Assembly: GCA_031835245.2 (NCBI GenBank)
Contig: JAVKOQ020000058.1
Span: 124,001-188,000 of the forward strand
DNA from: Balamuthia mandrillaris
Taxonomy: Eukaryota
Direction of reading: 5' to 3'
Length of the DNA stretch: 64,000 bases
The notes under the pieces are model-generated. The model was not told where the DNA came from and searched no databases. It saw nothing but the letters and a program-made list of their open reading frames with translations. Positions 23,201-35,562 of the stretch are shown here, piece after piece (positions within the stretch are counted from its first letter, which is position 1; each line of letters opens with the position of its first letter). A program made the position numbers and the translations under genes.

Positions 23201-25040
23201 CTCTGTGGAAGGAGACACCACCATTGATGGCCATTTGTCTGTAGGCCTCTCTGCTGACATCGCCCAGGACCTCCATGTGGGAGGGGATGCCTCCATCGAG
23301 GGCGACACCACCGTTGACCAAAACCTCACTGTGGGAGGGGATGCTTCCATTGAAGGAGATGCCACTGTTGATCAGGACCTCACCGTGGGAGGGGATGCAT
23401 CCATCGAGGGAGATGCCACCGTGGATCAGGACCTCACCGTGGGAGGAGATGCCTCTGTGGAAGGAGACACCACCATCGATGGCCACCTGTCTGTTGGTTT
23501 GTCTGCTGACATCGCCCAGGACCTTCATGTGGGAGGGGATGCTTCCATCGAGGGCGATGCCACTGTGGACTTGGACTTGACAGTGGGAGGGGATGCCTCT
23601 GTGGAAGGAGACACCACCATCGATGGCCACCTGTCCGTTGGTCTTTCCGCTGACATCGCCCAGGACCTTTATGTCGGCGGAGACACCTCCATCGAGGGTG
23701 ACACCACCGTCGATCAAGACCTTACTGTGAGCGGAGATGCTTCCATCGAGGGAGACGCTACCGTTGACCAGGACATCACTGTGGGAGGGGATGCTTCCAT
23801 CGAGGGAGATGCCACTGTGGATGTAGATTTCTACGTGGGAGGGGATGCTTCTGTGGAAGGAGACACCACCATCGACGGCCACTTGTCAGTTGGTTTGTCT
23901 GCTGACATTGCCGATGATCTCTGGGTTGGCGGGGATACCTCCATTGAAGGAGAAGCTACTGTGGATAATGATCTCACCGTTGGTGGCGATGCCTCCATTG
24001 AAGGAGAAGCTACTGTAGACCAAGATCTCACCGTTGGGGGAGACGTCTCCGTGGAAGGCGATGCCACTGTGGACCAAGACCTTACTGTTGGGGGAGACGT
24101 TTCAGTAGAAGGCGATGCCACCATAGATAACCACCTTACAGTGGCTGGCGACGCTTCCATAGAAGGCGATGCCACCGTGGATCAGAACCTCACCGTGGGA
24201 GGAGATGCCTCCATCGAAGGCGATGCCACTGTGGATGTAGATCTCTATGTAGGAGGAGATGCCTCCTTGGAAGGGGACACTACTATCGACGGCTATTTGT
24301 CCGCCGGCCTGTCCGCCACTATCGCCGATGATCTCACTGTGGGAGGAGACACCTCCATCGAAGGGGGTGCCACCATTGATCAGGACCTTACTGTGGGAGG
24401 AGATGCTTCCATTGAAGGAGATGCCACTGTGGATGTAGATCTCTATGTGGGAGGAGATGCTTCTGTGGAAGGGGACACCACCATCGACGGCTACTTGTCC
24501 GTCGGTCTGTCCGCCAACATTGCTGATGACCTCACTGTGGGAGGAGATGCCTCCATTGAAGGTGACGCCACCGTGGATGTAGACTTGTCCGTGGGCGGAG
24601 ATACCTCCATTGAAGGAGATGCCACTGTGGATGTAGATCTCTATGTGGGAGGAGATGCTTCTGTGGAAGGGGACTCCACCATCGACGGCTACTTGTCCGT
24701 CGGTCTGTCCGCCAACATTGCTGATGACCTCACTGTGGAAGGAGATGCCTCCATTGAAGGTGACGCCACCGTGGATGTAGACTTGTCCGTGGGCGGAGAT
24801 ACCTCCATTGAAGGAGATGCCACTGTGGATGTAGATCTCTATGTGGGAGGAGATGCTTCTGTGGAAGGAGACTCCACCATCGACGGCTACTTGTCCGTTG
24901 GCTTGTCTGCTGAGATTGCCCAGGACCTCAGTGTGGGAGGAGATGCCTCTATCGACGGCGACGTCTACATTGATGATGATGCCACCGTTGGCAGGGATGC
25001 AACAATTAGTCGCGATTTAACTGTTCGTCGTAATCTTGTC
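20245..25040 (+). repeat. Coding tandem repeat: 18-bp basic unit, 54-bp triplet, ~198-bp higher-order unit
   Basis: GHLSVG LSADIA QDLHVG GDTSIE GDTTVD QNLTVG GDASIE GDATVD QDLTVG GDASVE GDTTID repeated, with many synonymous differences between units. Confidence 0.95.
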
Positions 25041-26405
25041 CTGTGTCCAGAGCCTGAGGGTTATTGGGACATGGCTGGCATTGATGATGACTTTGGTAGC
25101 TTTGTTTCTTCTGGAGGAGCTTGTGTAGTAGACGGTTAGTATTTTTTCAGCTTCTTCTATTATGCTATGTTCTTACCAGTGTCACTCTCTTTCAGAGAGC
25201 GAGGGAGCAACCGGACTCTCGCATTCTTCTACCAGCTCACGTTTCAACGGGACTTGCGATTTTACCATCTCTTCCGCCTCGTCCACTTTCTATCGGGCAT
25301 CCAAAGGAACAATATCCCTGTGGTACAGGGCAAATATTGCAACAACCCCGGTCGTTAGGAATTCACTGACTGACTTTAGTGTTGTCGCCAATCCTACCCC
25401 TGAGGGTTGGGCCTATGGACATAGTTCTTCTGCCATCAACGATTTCCAGCTTTTAACGGATACCCAAAATGGCGATAGGTGGTACATCCCTGATGCGGTT
25501 TATGGACAAAATGTATGGCTTTTTGTGGGTGGAAACATGTTCCACCCTGGAAACCCAGCTGTCGTACCAAAGGCCTGGCCCTCGAGACGGTTTGCCCATT
25601 CCCTCTCCCCAGATTTGGCTGACAATGACTAAGTGAACTTTGTATACCCTAATCATTATCATTCAGGTGGGAAGTGCAACAATCTGGATCCCACACAATC
25701 CGGGTGACAACGCAAAAGGGTGACCCTTGCACAAACGGTGATGGTGTATCGGTTGAGACATGGCTTCAATCTGGTGGTGTGCTAACTCGAATGTTCCAAC
25801 GTACGATTACTACCGGGACAACGCCCTTCTCCCCAGTAATTGATACCGTGGAGATACCCGCAGCAGTTGGGGACTATATTTACGTCGCAGTGGATCCAAT
25901 GAGTGACCAGCTTTGCGATTTTACTATCGTTAACGTTCAGATCACCTATCTTACAGGAACCCCACAGACCATATTCAGCGCTCGGGATGGAGCTGGAGGA
26001 TATCTTAAGCTGTCCGCTGGAGTGGGCACCATAACCTATGAAGTGTCAGATGGTACCCTGACCCCCTTAGAAGCACTAGAGGCAATTCCTTCCCCCACCG
26101 TCCCTATCGATCTTGGCAACTGGACACATGTTGCCCTTGTGTCCTCTGCTGAAGGAAATGCCATGTACATCAACGGCAAGGAAGCCACCTACCTTTATAG
26201 TGGTGCTGGAGGCCCTTCAGCTTCCGCTTTCATGCACGACGTTGTCTACGTATCATCCATTCACGTGGGTTCTGACGGTGCTGGCTCATACTTCGACGGC
26301 CTCATCGATGACTTAGCAATTTGGAAGGTACCCCTTACGGAGGACCAGGTCGCTGCTATTGCTTCTGGCGATGTTGAACCCACTGACCTCTGTGCTCCTG
26401 TCTAG
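20245..26405 (+). CDS. Giant acidic hexapeptide-repeat (beta-helix-like) protein with C-terminal LamG/ConA-like domain; 5' end not found
   Basis: Open repeat frame to 25134, frame-compatible introns 25135-25195 and 25590-25666. LamG motifs GTISLWYR, NWTHVALV, MYINGK, FDGLIDDLAIWKVPLTEDQV. No in-frame ATG upstream of the repeats. Confidence 0.75.
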
Positions 26406-26687
26406 TTCTTATGTTTTACTGGGTGGCAATTCTCCTTTGCGTCTGTCTCTTTTACCTTGTTTCTTTCCGGCGAGGCCGTTTCACGCCCAGCTGATATCTA
26501 TATATTGTTTTTCCTTTTTCCTTTTTTTTTGTTATTTTTTTAAATTTTTTTTTTGTTGGTGCCACTTGACGAGGCCGCTGTGTGAGATGCCATAGCGTTC
26601 GATGAGTTCGGCAGGGGCGATGTAGTGTAAGTCTTGTGTAGGTTCTCGTAGTGGTTTGTGACATGTGTGGGAATACGACTGAAAAGA

Positions 26688-27786
26688 GGATTGGCAGCCA
26701 TCTATGCAGACCTTTTAACATTTGTCGGCTCTGAGTTTTACTATAAGAACTTTCCAGAGTTGGAGGGCGTGGCCTTTGGTCGGGTGCAATCCATGATGAA
26801 CGGGGCAGTGGTGTTGGGTGTGCAGAGAACGAAGGAGAAGAATCTTTCCTTTACCATCCTTAATCCCAAAGATGACTTTGTCATTCGCGCCGAGGACGAC
26901 ATTCTTGTCATCTCTGAGTGCGGAGGCACCTTCGCTCTCACCGGTAACTTCTCATTTGCTGTCCCGGACTCGCTCCAACGAGATGCTGCAGGCGAGAAGA
27001 AACGAAGAAAGAAGCATCGAAAGAAGAAGCAACAACAAATGAAAAAGCAACGACAGAAAATGAAAGAAGAGGGAGAAAAGAAGAACGAAGCCGTTACCAC
27101 TCACCACAAGATGGAGACATTCCTCATATGTGGTTATGGAAGAAAGCTGCCAGCTGTTCTCACCGAGTTTGATCGGTACTTGGGGCCGGGCTCAGCTATT
27201 TACATCATGTTGGGACTGCCCAACAAACAAGAACGTCCCGCGATTGAAGAACTTAAAGCCTTGCCTCTCCGAAACATTACCTTGAGTTTTGTCAACGGTT
27301 CGTTTTCATTCTTTCTCATCTTTCTAATCGGTTTTCATTCTTTCTTGCTTACAGAGTACGAATAGGAGATCCAACAACACCACAAGGATTGCGGCAACTG
27401 GTTGGCACAACATTTGAAGAGCTAAAATGTACTATCGTCTTAGCCAACGATCACCTTCCCTCCGAGGAGGCAGATGCCCACACCATCATTACTGTGTTGC
27501 TGCTGAGCGAGCTCCTTGATGACATGTTTGCTTGCGCCACGCGTAAACGAAAACGGAAGCCGCGCATCATTTGGTACATGTTTAGCTTCTTCTTTGGTCT
27601 TGTTTCTATCTTGTGTTCGCTAGCTTACACAAATGTTCATAAGCGAGATAATGGACACTCGGTCAAAGGACTTGCTTTCTCAGGACGAAGGGGTGGAGTT
27701 TGTGCTGTCCACTCTCATCACAAGTCGTCTCATCACACAAATATCGGAACAACCTGGTATCAGCGAAGTCTTTGGTATACTCTTCC

Positions 27787-27834
<48 letters not shown>

Positions 27835-28273
27835 GCGTAAACCTTGCTGACTCTTATGTTTATTAACTTTTTCCATTGTTCAAGCGGAACTGTTTGCAGA
27901 GGAAGGAAATGAGATATACATCAAACCAGCTTCCTTGTATGCTCCTCTGGATGTACCATTTTCTTGGCTAACAGTACAAGCAGTTGCCAGGCAATACCAT
28001 CAAATAGCCATTGGTATCTTCTTCTTCTTCTTTTTGTTCTTGTTCTTGTTCTTCTTCTTCTTCTTCTTGTTCTTCTTCTTGTTCTTCTTCTTCTTCTTCT
28101 TCTTCTTGTTCTTCTTCTTCTTCTTCTACCATAAACTCACCCTAATTTTTTGTTAAGGGTATACCTATGGATTGGAGCGGATACCAGTGATCAATCCTCC
28201 ACAATCAGAACCAATAACGTTTACTCGTCAGCATAAAGTCGTGGTTGTGGCCGAGGATGAGGAGGACGATTAA
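26688..28273 (+). pseudogene. 3' half (RCK domains) of a CASTOR/POLLUX/DMI1-like ion channel; N-terminal TM/pore exons not found
   Basis: GLAAIYADLLTFVGSEFYYKNFPELEG, ILNPKDDFVI, FLICGY, EEADAHTIITVLLL, EIMDTRSK, LITQISEQ, ELFAEEGNEIYIKPASLY, VINPPQ...VVVVAEDEEDD*. Exons appear intact but there is no start. Confidence 0.75.
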
Positions 28274-28337
28274 AAACAGAACGATGCAGGTATAAACAAT
28301 ATAGTTTTGTTCTATTTTAAAACGCACATCCATCCAT

Positions 28338-28992
28338 TTAATTGACAGTCATCCTTTGGGGTTGAGAACTTGCATCGTCAGAGGAGAGAAGAGCTTCTAT
28401 CTCTTCTCGATCATGGCGATGATGCCGATATGGATTTTGATGTTGGCGATGATGACGACGAGGAGGGTTGTGCTGATGACGAGAATGATGATGATGACGA
28501 TGCGCACTATTCCGAGAAGAAGATAAAGAAGACGAAGGCCGTCCGGTTCGTTGTTGTTGCTGTTGTTGAAAGAGACGATGTTGTTGCGCTTGATGCTGCA
28601 TGAGTTGTTCTTGCAACTGCTTCTCCTCGTAGTACTTTTTCGCCATTTCGAGGAGATACTTTTTGACCACCACGTAAAGCCCCAGCTTGCGCGAAAGGAA
28701 CAAAACTAAGCCCGTCAAGATGAAGAACAGCCCAGCAAAGTTGAAGAGACTTCCTTGAGAGTCCCATTTGAGGACACGGTTTCCCATTACAGGCCTCAAG
28801 TGGAAGGCGATGGCCACCAGAGGTAGACGAACGGTATTGGCAATGTAAGCAATCGCGGCTGAGCCGTGCTTCACCACCATCAAAGTACAGAGGTTGAATA
28901 GAAAGTTGCCGATGATATACCCCACCACTGGCACCCATGCTTTTAAAAATAGTCAAACAGGAGAGAAGAATATGAGAACAGGAACGGAACGA

Positions 28993-29033
<41 letters not shown>

Positions 29034-29034
29034 A

Positions 29035-29068
<34 letters not shown>

Positions 29069-31157
29069 ACGAACCTAGGTGACAGTCGTCATCGGGTCTA
29101 GTATTGATCCCGATGAAGCACCTCCCTCCGTCGGAGACAGCGCCAGGAAGGCCCTGGATGGAACTGTCGCCTACCTTGGGCACAGCATCAAATGGACACA
29201 ACAATATAGACATCAACAACTGAAAGAACGCAGACCATGCTTGTAGATATACAATGTTAACTCCCTGTTGTAGTCAACTAGTTTAGCAAAAGTTTGCCAA
29301 TGAGGGCAGATGGAGGAGCAAGAGAAAGCACTGACCGTTTGTCGAAGAGTGAATTCCTTATAAACAACAGAAAGGCTGAGAGGTACCGTGGCACAGGCAA
29401 ACACTCCGTGATACAGAAGCGCGTTCCAATCGGGGAACCTCAACGTGGGATACAGAGAAGTAAACACACCAAACAGAACGACACCAGCACCACAATATTC
29501 CACCACATGATATCTGTTTTGTTTATTTTGTGAGACTCAAGTTCGAAAAGAGGGGAAAGAGGGAGAACGAGCAAAGAGAGAAGAGGGAGCAAAGGTACTT
29601 GATTTTCAGAAAGAAGATTGAAAGGAGCATTGTAATGGGGATGACTCCTTGAAACAACAGTGATTGAAGACTGCCATCTGTCCCACCCCCTCCATACACC
29701 TTTCAGAAAAGTACATGATAACAATTGTAAGCAAGAAAGGGCAAATGAGCAGGAGAAGCGAAAGAAGGAGGATACCAATAAAATACCAGACATGGCATCC
29801 AGAGAGCCCATGATGAAGAACTTCCACTTAGGACAGTCGAATGCGCGTCGAGCCGCCCTTAACTTAGCCTCCAACGCCTTCCTCTGCTTCTTCGACAGAG
29901 CCGCCATGCCCTTACTGACAGAAGGGCCTTCTCTTGGTCCTTCTTCATTACGTACCAACCGCCGCCTTCCCTCCTCTTCCACCAACTCGCCCGTTCGGTT
30001 ATTCGTCCTATCCACCATCTCTTCTTCCATTGATAAAGAATTGAACGCCATGATCTCCTCCTCTCCAGCTTCCACATCCATCTCGTCTCCTCCTCCTCTT
30101 CGTCATCCTCCTCTTCATCAAACTCATCTTCAAACGCTTCTTCTTCTTCATAGTAATCGGAGGACGAACGCAGCCGCTGTCGTCTTTGCTGCCGCCTCTG
30201 TCTTCTCCGCAGCTTTGTTCTCTTGCTCATCATGCTGTGATAGAGCTTAGCCTGGCGGAGGTTCTTCTGCTCCACGTGCAGGTAGAGCAGGCTAGCATAG
30301 GCTATGCAAAAGTAGAACGGCAGGGAGCCGGCTATCACCGCCAGCGAGAGGAAGTAATGGTAGTTGGGCATGGCGTCCGTCATCTTCTTGAAGCACACGG
30401 CAGCAAAGGTGGCGGTGGCCACCAACGCCACCCCATAGAAGAAGGACATGAGGAGGGAGCGGAGGTCGCCTTGCTCCCCCGCCAGCAGCACCACTGGCCA
30501 TTGCTTTAGCCAGTCAGGAGAGGAGGCGTCGCCTTGTTGTTGAGGTTGGGGTTGAGATGGAGAGTGTTGTTGTTGTTGCTGAGGATGATGAGGACGGGGA
30601 CGAGAGGGAGGTCTTTCCGCCTCTTCTCGTTGGCTGTCAAGTTCGTCGTCGTCTTCTGCTTCTTCCACCTCCTCCTCCTCTTCCTCGTCATCGTGAAAGC
30701 TGTTGGCTATTCTAGTAGGAGAAATTGGGGTGGAGGTTGGAAAGGGCCGTTTAGAGTCGCTCAGGTCTTTGCCCGTTCGGCGGGTAGTGTCGTGCGAGGT
30801 GAGGTCCTCCTCTACTTCCAGAACTGCAAGTCGTTCTTTGCCCTTGGGTTCCTCTTCTTCGTCTTGCTCTCCTTCTCCTGCTCCCTGTTGTTGTTGTGGT
30901 CTTTGCGAAAGAGGAGGAGGAGAAGCAGGAGGAGGGGAGGGAGAACGAAGAGCAGAACCGCGGTTGGCGTTCTCGGAGGAAGAGGAGGAGAGCAGAAAAG
31001 AATGAGTGAAAAAGGGAGAGGAGCTTAAGGAGGAGGAGGAGGAAGAAGATTCCTCTGTTGAGGAGGGCGGGTCATCGTCTATGCCACCAAAGCTGTCCTC
31101 TGCCCCGTCCTCCTCCTCAGAAGAGGAGGAGAAAGGGTCCAAGGGTCGTCCTTCCAT
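28338..31157 (-). CDS. CRT-like (chloroquine-resistance-transporter family, DMT superfamily) transporter with long acidic N-terminus and loop
   Basis: KKMTDAMPNYHYFL, PKWKFFIMGSLDAM, SVVYKEF, DGGRCFIGINT, FNLCTLMVVKHGSAAIAYIANTVRLPL. Confidence 0.85.
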
Positions 31158-31592
31158 TCCACTTTTTTCTTTTCTTTTCCTTTCTTCTATTTTTTTTTTG
31201 TTATACTTTTGTCCACTCTCCTATCCTGGCCAGCTTTTTTTTAGTGGTCTCTCGCGTCCTGGCTCAAGCCCGGAGAATTCTGTGTCGACATGAAGAAATC
31301 CCAATCTCACGTCTCCTCTCCTGCCCTTCTCCTGCTCTCATGTCCTGGAGGGCCATTTTTGCTTTAGCGTCGAGTTTTTCTTCGTCAAACAAGAGGAAAG
31401 GGTTTTGTGGCTGTTATAGTATAATAAGAGGTGTTTTTTTTTTGTTTTTTGAAAAAAAAATATATCAGTTTTACAATGATAAAAGAGAGAAAGGAAGAAC
31501 TCTATAAATAAACGAAAGGAGGAGTATGACTGCCGTCCATCCACTTTGTTGCTGTACACCTCACCACCCCACCATCCATTCCTCAACCAAAA

Positions 31593-32110
31593 CTAAGGAG
31601 GCTTTGTTAGTTCTCGTTCTTGCTCCTCTTTTCGGTGTTGTCTTCGCTGTTCCTCATCGTTTTGTTGTCGATTCTGTTGTTGTGACAATCGAGCAATAAA
31701 CCGTGCTGGTACAAACGAAGCTCCTCCTCCACCAGAACGATATCCCGGTTTCACACTCGTAATAGTGCTCACACAAGGCGTCCACTGACTCAACTCTTCT
31801 TCATCCCTCAAACATCCCAACGCAGAAGTTGAAGGCGGCGCTCTCAATCTCTCCTTGAAGTGTTGCATGTCTCCCTCCACAAGCGCTCGCTTATGCGCCA
31901 CGACCTGCTCGCGAATGGAGTGAGCGATGCAGACCTGAAACTCACGGCTGAGGCCGAGGTCCCTGCACAGCATGGCCGCGAAGCACTCGGGCGTGATCGG
32001 GTTGTTGCTGCTGGTGTCCCATTCAAACTGGTCCGTCAGCGAGACGCCGTTCACCGTTAGTCGAAGCTATCGTTTATGTTTCGTTTTTGTTTTTGTTTTG
32101 TTGGTTGCAC

Positions 32111-32152
<42 letters not shown>

Positions 32153-32268
32153 AAGAGAGAAGAGAGCAATGAGGCAAGAAGAGAGAATGAGAATGAGAGA
32201 AGAGAGCAAAGAGCAGAGAGAGAGAGAGAGCGCGCAGAGAGGATAGAACGTGAACACGGAAGAGAGAG

Positions 32269-32308
<40 letters not shown>

Positions 32309-32787
32309 AAGTGAACAGAGAAGAGAGAGAGCAGAAAATATAATAATTTAAGAACAAAAAATTTGGAAGAACAGAAAAAAGAAAGGAATACCTGAATGAG
32401 CATGAGAGAGTCGCGCAGGTGAGGCGGCGGTCGGATGGTGCGCTGGGCGGCTCGCCACTTTTGGGAGGCGCTCAGCTGCCGTTGCACGCTGCTGGCGATG
32501 AGCGCTTCGAACCGTTCCGGAAAATCCATCTCTATGCACAACGTTTTGGCAAATTGTTCTGGCGTCACTGAGGTTTCTGTTTCGTATTTTGGTTTAAGTG
32601 GAAGCTGATGAGAAAATGTTTTTTTTTTTTGTGCGAGTCTCATCAATCTCGACTCGCGCAAAATATACAAAAATTACGCACCATTTAAATCCCACACAAA
32701 AGTGTCCTTGAGGGCAATCCCATCAAGAAAAAGGTCCAATCGTATGGGCACGAGGCTGTCCTCCTCTTCACCGCTGTTATCCTCCAT
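31593..32787 (-). CDS. SNF5/SMARCB1(INI1)/Sfh1-family chromatin-remodelling subunit (possible extra 5' exon near 32895)
   Basis: LVPIRLDL..DTFVWDLN..VTPEQFAKTLC (repeat 1) and LTDQFEWD..ITPECFAAMLCRDLGL..IAHSIREQ (repeat 2). Confidence 0.88.
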
Positions 32788-33037
32788 GGAGCTTCGGTTG
32801 CAAAAGAACAAGCAAGCCTTTACCTACCCCCCCTCTCTCCAAGAACGAAAAGGCCGCTCTTTGGGGCTTCTTTCTTTTCGGTTCGTGTTTACCATGTCGA
32901 CATGGAATAATTTTCACGTCGACGCGAAGTGTTTATTTTTATTTTTTCTTTATTTTATTTTATTTTATTTTTTTATTTATTATTTTTGTAGTTTTTTTTT
33001 TCGTTTTTTTTTTTCTTTAAAGGAGAAGTGAGTGGGT

Positions 33038-34370
33038 TCATTCTGGCGGGGCTTCCACCACCACCAGCGTGTGGTCGATGCCAGGGGCAAGGTGCACCAC
33101 CTTATGGCCGGCCAAGCCAGGAATGGGGGTCGGCGTGGCAATCCCTTCGGGTGCGTTGGGAAGGCCCAGTCTCCCTTCGGCGGCCAGCCCAAAGGCGTAG
33201 ACGGTTCCATCGGCGGTGCAGACGAAGGATTGGCCACCGCCGGCGTGGATGCTCTTCACGTCCTTGTCGTCAAAGAAGTCGATCTTCTCGGGGATGGAGG
33301 AGTCGTGGTTGTCGCCGTGGCCGAGACGGCCATAGCCTCCATAGCCCCAACTGTAAACTTCTCCTTTCACTGTATGCCATGTTGGATGTGAGAAGAAGAA
33401 GAAGATGACGATGAAGCTAAAGAATAGCAGAAGAAAGGTAATTGTAGATACAATAAAGATGAAACAAGAATGAAGTGAGATAGAACACATGAGAAACATA
33501 CGAACCTGTGAGGGCAAGTGAGTGAGCGCCACCGCAAGCCACATCTTCCACCGCATCGGGAATGCTCTCTATTGCGGTGGGGTGCATTAGGACGCCCTTC
33601 TTGCCATGTCCTAGCTGACCTATCTCCGAACTTCCAAAGGTGTATATATAGCCATCCTCTCCCAACAAGGCCGAAAAGTCGGTGCCACAACGCACCTTCT
33701 TGACTCTCACAGCCCTTGTGTCCAACAGCACTGGCTCCCGCACTATGTCAGGTGAACCATTGCCCACTTGACCATCCACTCCGAAGCCCCATCCCCATAC
33801 CCTCTGATCATCTTTTGTTGTGTGAGCAAGGAAATGAGATGGAGAAGAAAGAAGAAGAAGGAGAAGGAGAAGGAGGAGGAGGAGAAGCAGCTAAAGTAAA
33901 ATTAAAAAGAGGGGAACCTGTAAGGGCCAAACTATGGTCCAAACCGCAGGCGATTTCAGTTATGGCCCCCGATTTTCTCAGCTTCTCCAGACGGACAGGC
34001 TGGGGTACCCCTTCTTTTTGGCCCTCTACAATGCCTACCTGGCCCAAGTCGTTGTCTCCCCATGCAAACACCTCTCCCCTAGCTACCATTATGTTAGAGA
34101 AGTCCAGAAGGAGCGAAAGGCAGAGGAACTAAGGAAGGAAGAAGCAAGCAAAGAGGAAAGGAGAATGGGAGCAACAGTACTGTTCAAGGCAACCGTGTGG
34201 TGCCTTCCACAGCAAACGGTTTTCAACTTGAGCGCTCTGCAAGACTCCACATAGGTGGGATAATAGGCGTTTGCACCTCGATGAGGTATTCCCAAAGCCA
34301 GGCCAGCTGTACCCCACGAGTAAACCTCTTGTTCCTCTGAACCATTCCGTTTAGTTGGAAGAGAAGAAGC

Positions 34371-34415
<45 letters not shown>

Positions 34416-34960
34416 ACCTGTGATGACCATGTTTTGCGACCAAGAGGCAGAGGCATGGATGAATCGCTTCCGCAGGGGCGCTTCCTGCAGAATGGTTGGC
34501 TCGGAGACCGATTCCATGGCGGCACCAAACCCCAACTGACCCAAATCGCCCCTCCCAAAGGTCATCAGCGCATGAAATGCTGTTTCGAAAACGCAATTTG
34601 AAACATGAACGATTAACCAGTGCAGCTGCTACTTTTTTTTGATGAGAGAACACCACAAGCACAAAAAGGAACGTACGACGCTGTAGCCGTCGTGGCTGGA
34701 TGGAGTAGCGCCGGTGGAGAGGAGTGGTGCCAACGGGTCGGTACCACTGGGAGCCGCAGTGCCCGCGTACCCGATGGGCCATCTTTGCCAAAGCCGGACG
34801 CTCCGCTGCCACCCCGGACAGGAGGGCAAACCAGGAAGGGCGCTGCTGCTGGCGGCTTCTCATCTTGCTTTCTTGTTTTTTTAGGGAGACTCTCCTGTCC
34901 ATGCGGCACTCTCCTGTCTGCATACGTCATCGATCGTAGATCATCTTTTCCCTCGCCCAT
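33038..34960 (-). CDS. RCC1/BLIP-II repeat beta-propeller protein (start approximate)
   Basis: Repeated WG.g..GQLG and vaCG..Hs.AL units across several exons. Confidence 0.85.
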
Positions 34961-35562
34961 TGTGCTTGATCCTCTTTCCTCATCGATCTCTCACGGATGG
35001 GGTTGCTTTACGACTAAACTCCTCCCCACTCTGGAAAAGCTATTGAGAGGTTCACACGCAGAAAAGTGAAGGACTTTTCCCCACCTTTTACAAACTCATT
35101 TCTATATTTTTTTTTCTTACTTTCCTTTCTGCTGCTAGTGTAAACAAGGAACCCCTTCATACAGTACTTGTCTTTCACTCAAACCTTTCATACGAGAGAG
35201 ATGGAGAGAATGAGTCAACCGAACAAACAAGAATATGAAAAGAAATGGTTTTATGGGTAGGGATGTGTAAGCAAATGCCGACGGATACTTGGCACTGTTT
35301 TAAGAGGTTGAAACGCAGCAACCCAAAGCGCCCGTCTCCCTCACTCAGGAACCCATGCAGGATGCTCGTGACTCCGCCATGGCGGGCGGCATATTTCTAG
35401 AAAGAAACAGAGGAGACAAAGCATCAGGCCATGGTCCACCAATAGGCGAATTCTAAAATCTCCAACTTATGCGCATTGGAGGAAGGAACTCCCCGAAGCA
35501 GCGCCTATAAAACCACAAAAAAGTTCAATCCCACACAAACATTACCAACAAACAACGCAAGG

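Noticed and set aside
20245..25040. Regular repeats as a CRISPR array
   Set aside because: No unique spacers; the period is a multiple of 3, and one open frame shows synonymous variation.
26574..26660. Possible snoRNA or structured ncRNA between the LamG gene and the CASTOR-like fragment
   Set aside because: No convincing C/D or H/ACA boxes or stable stem seen by eye.
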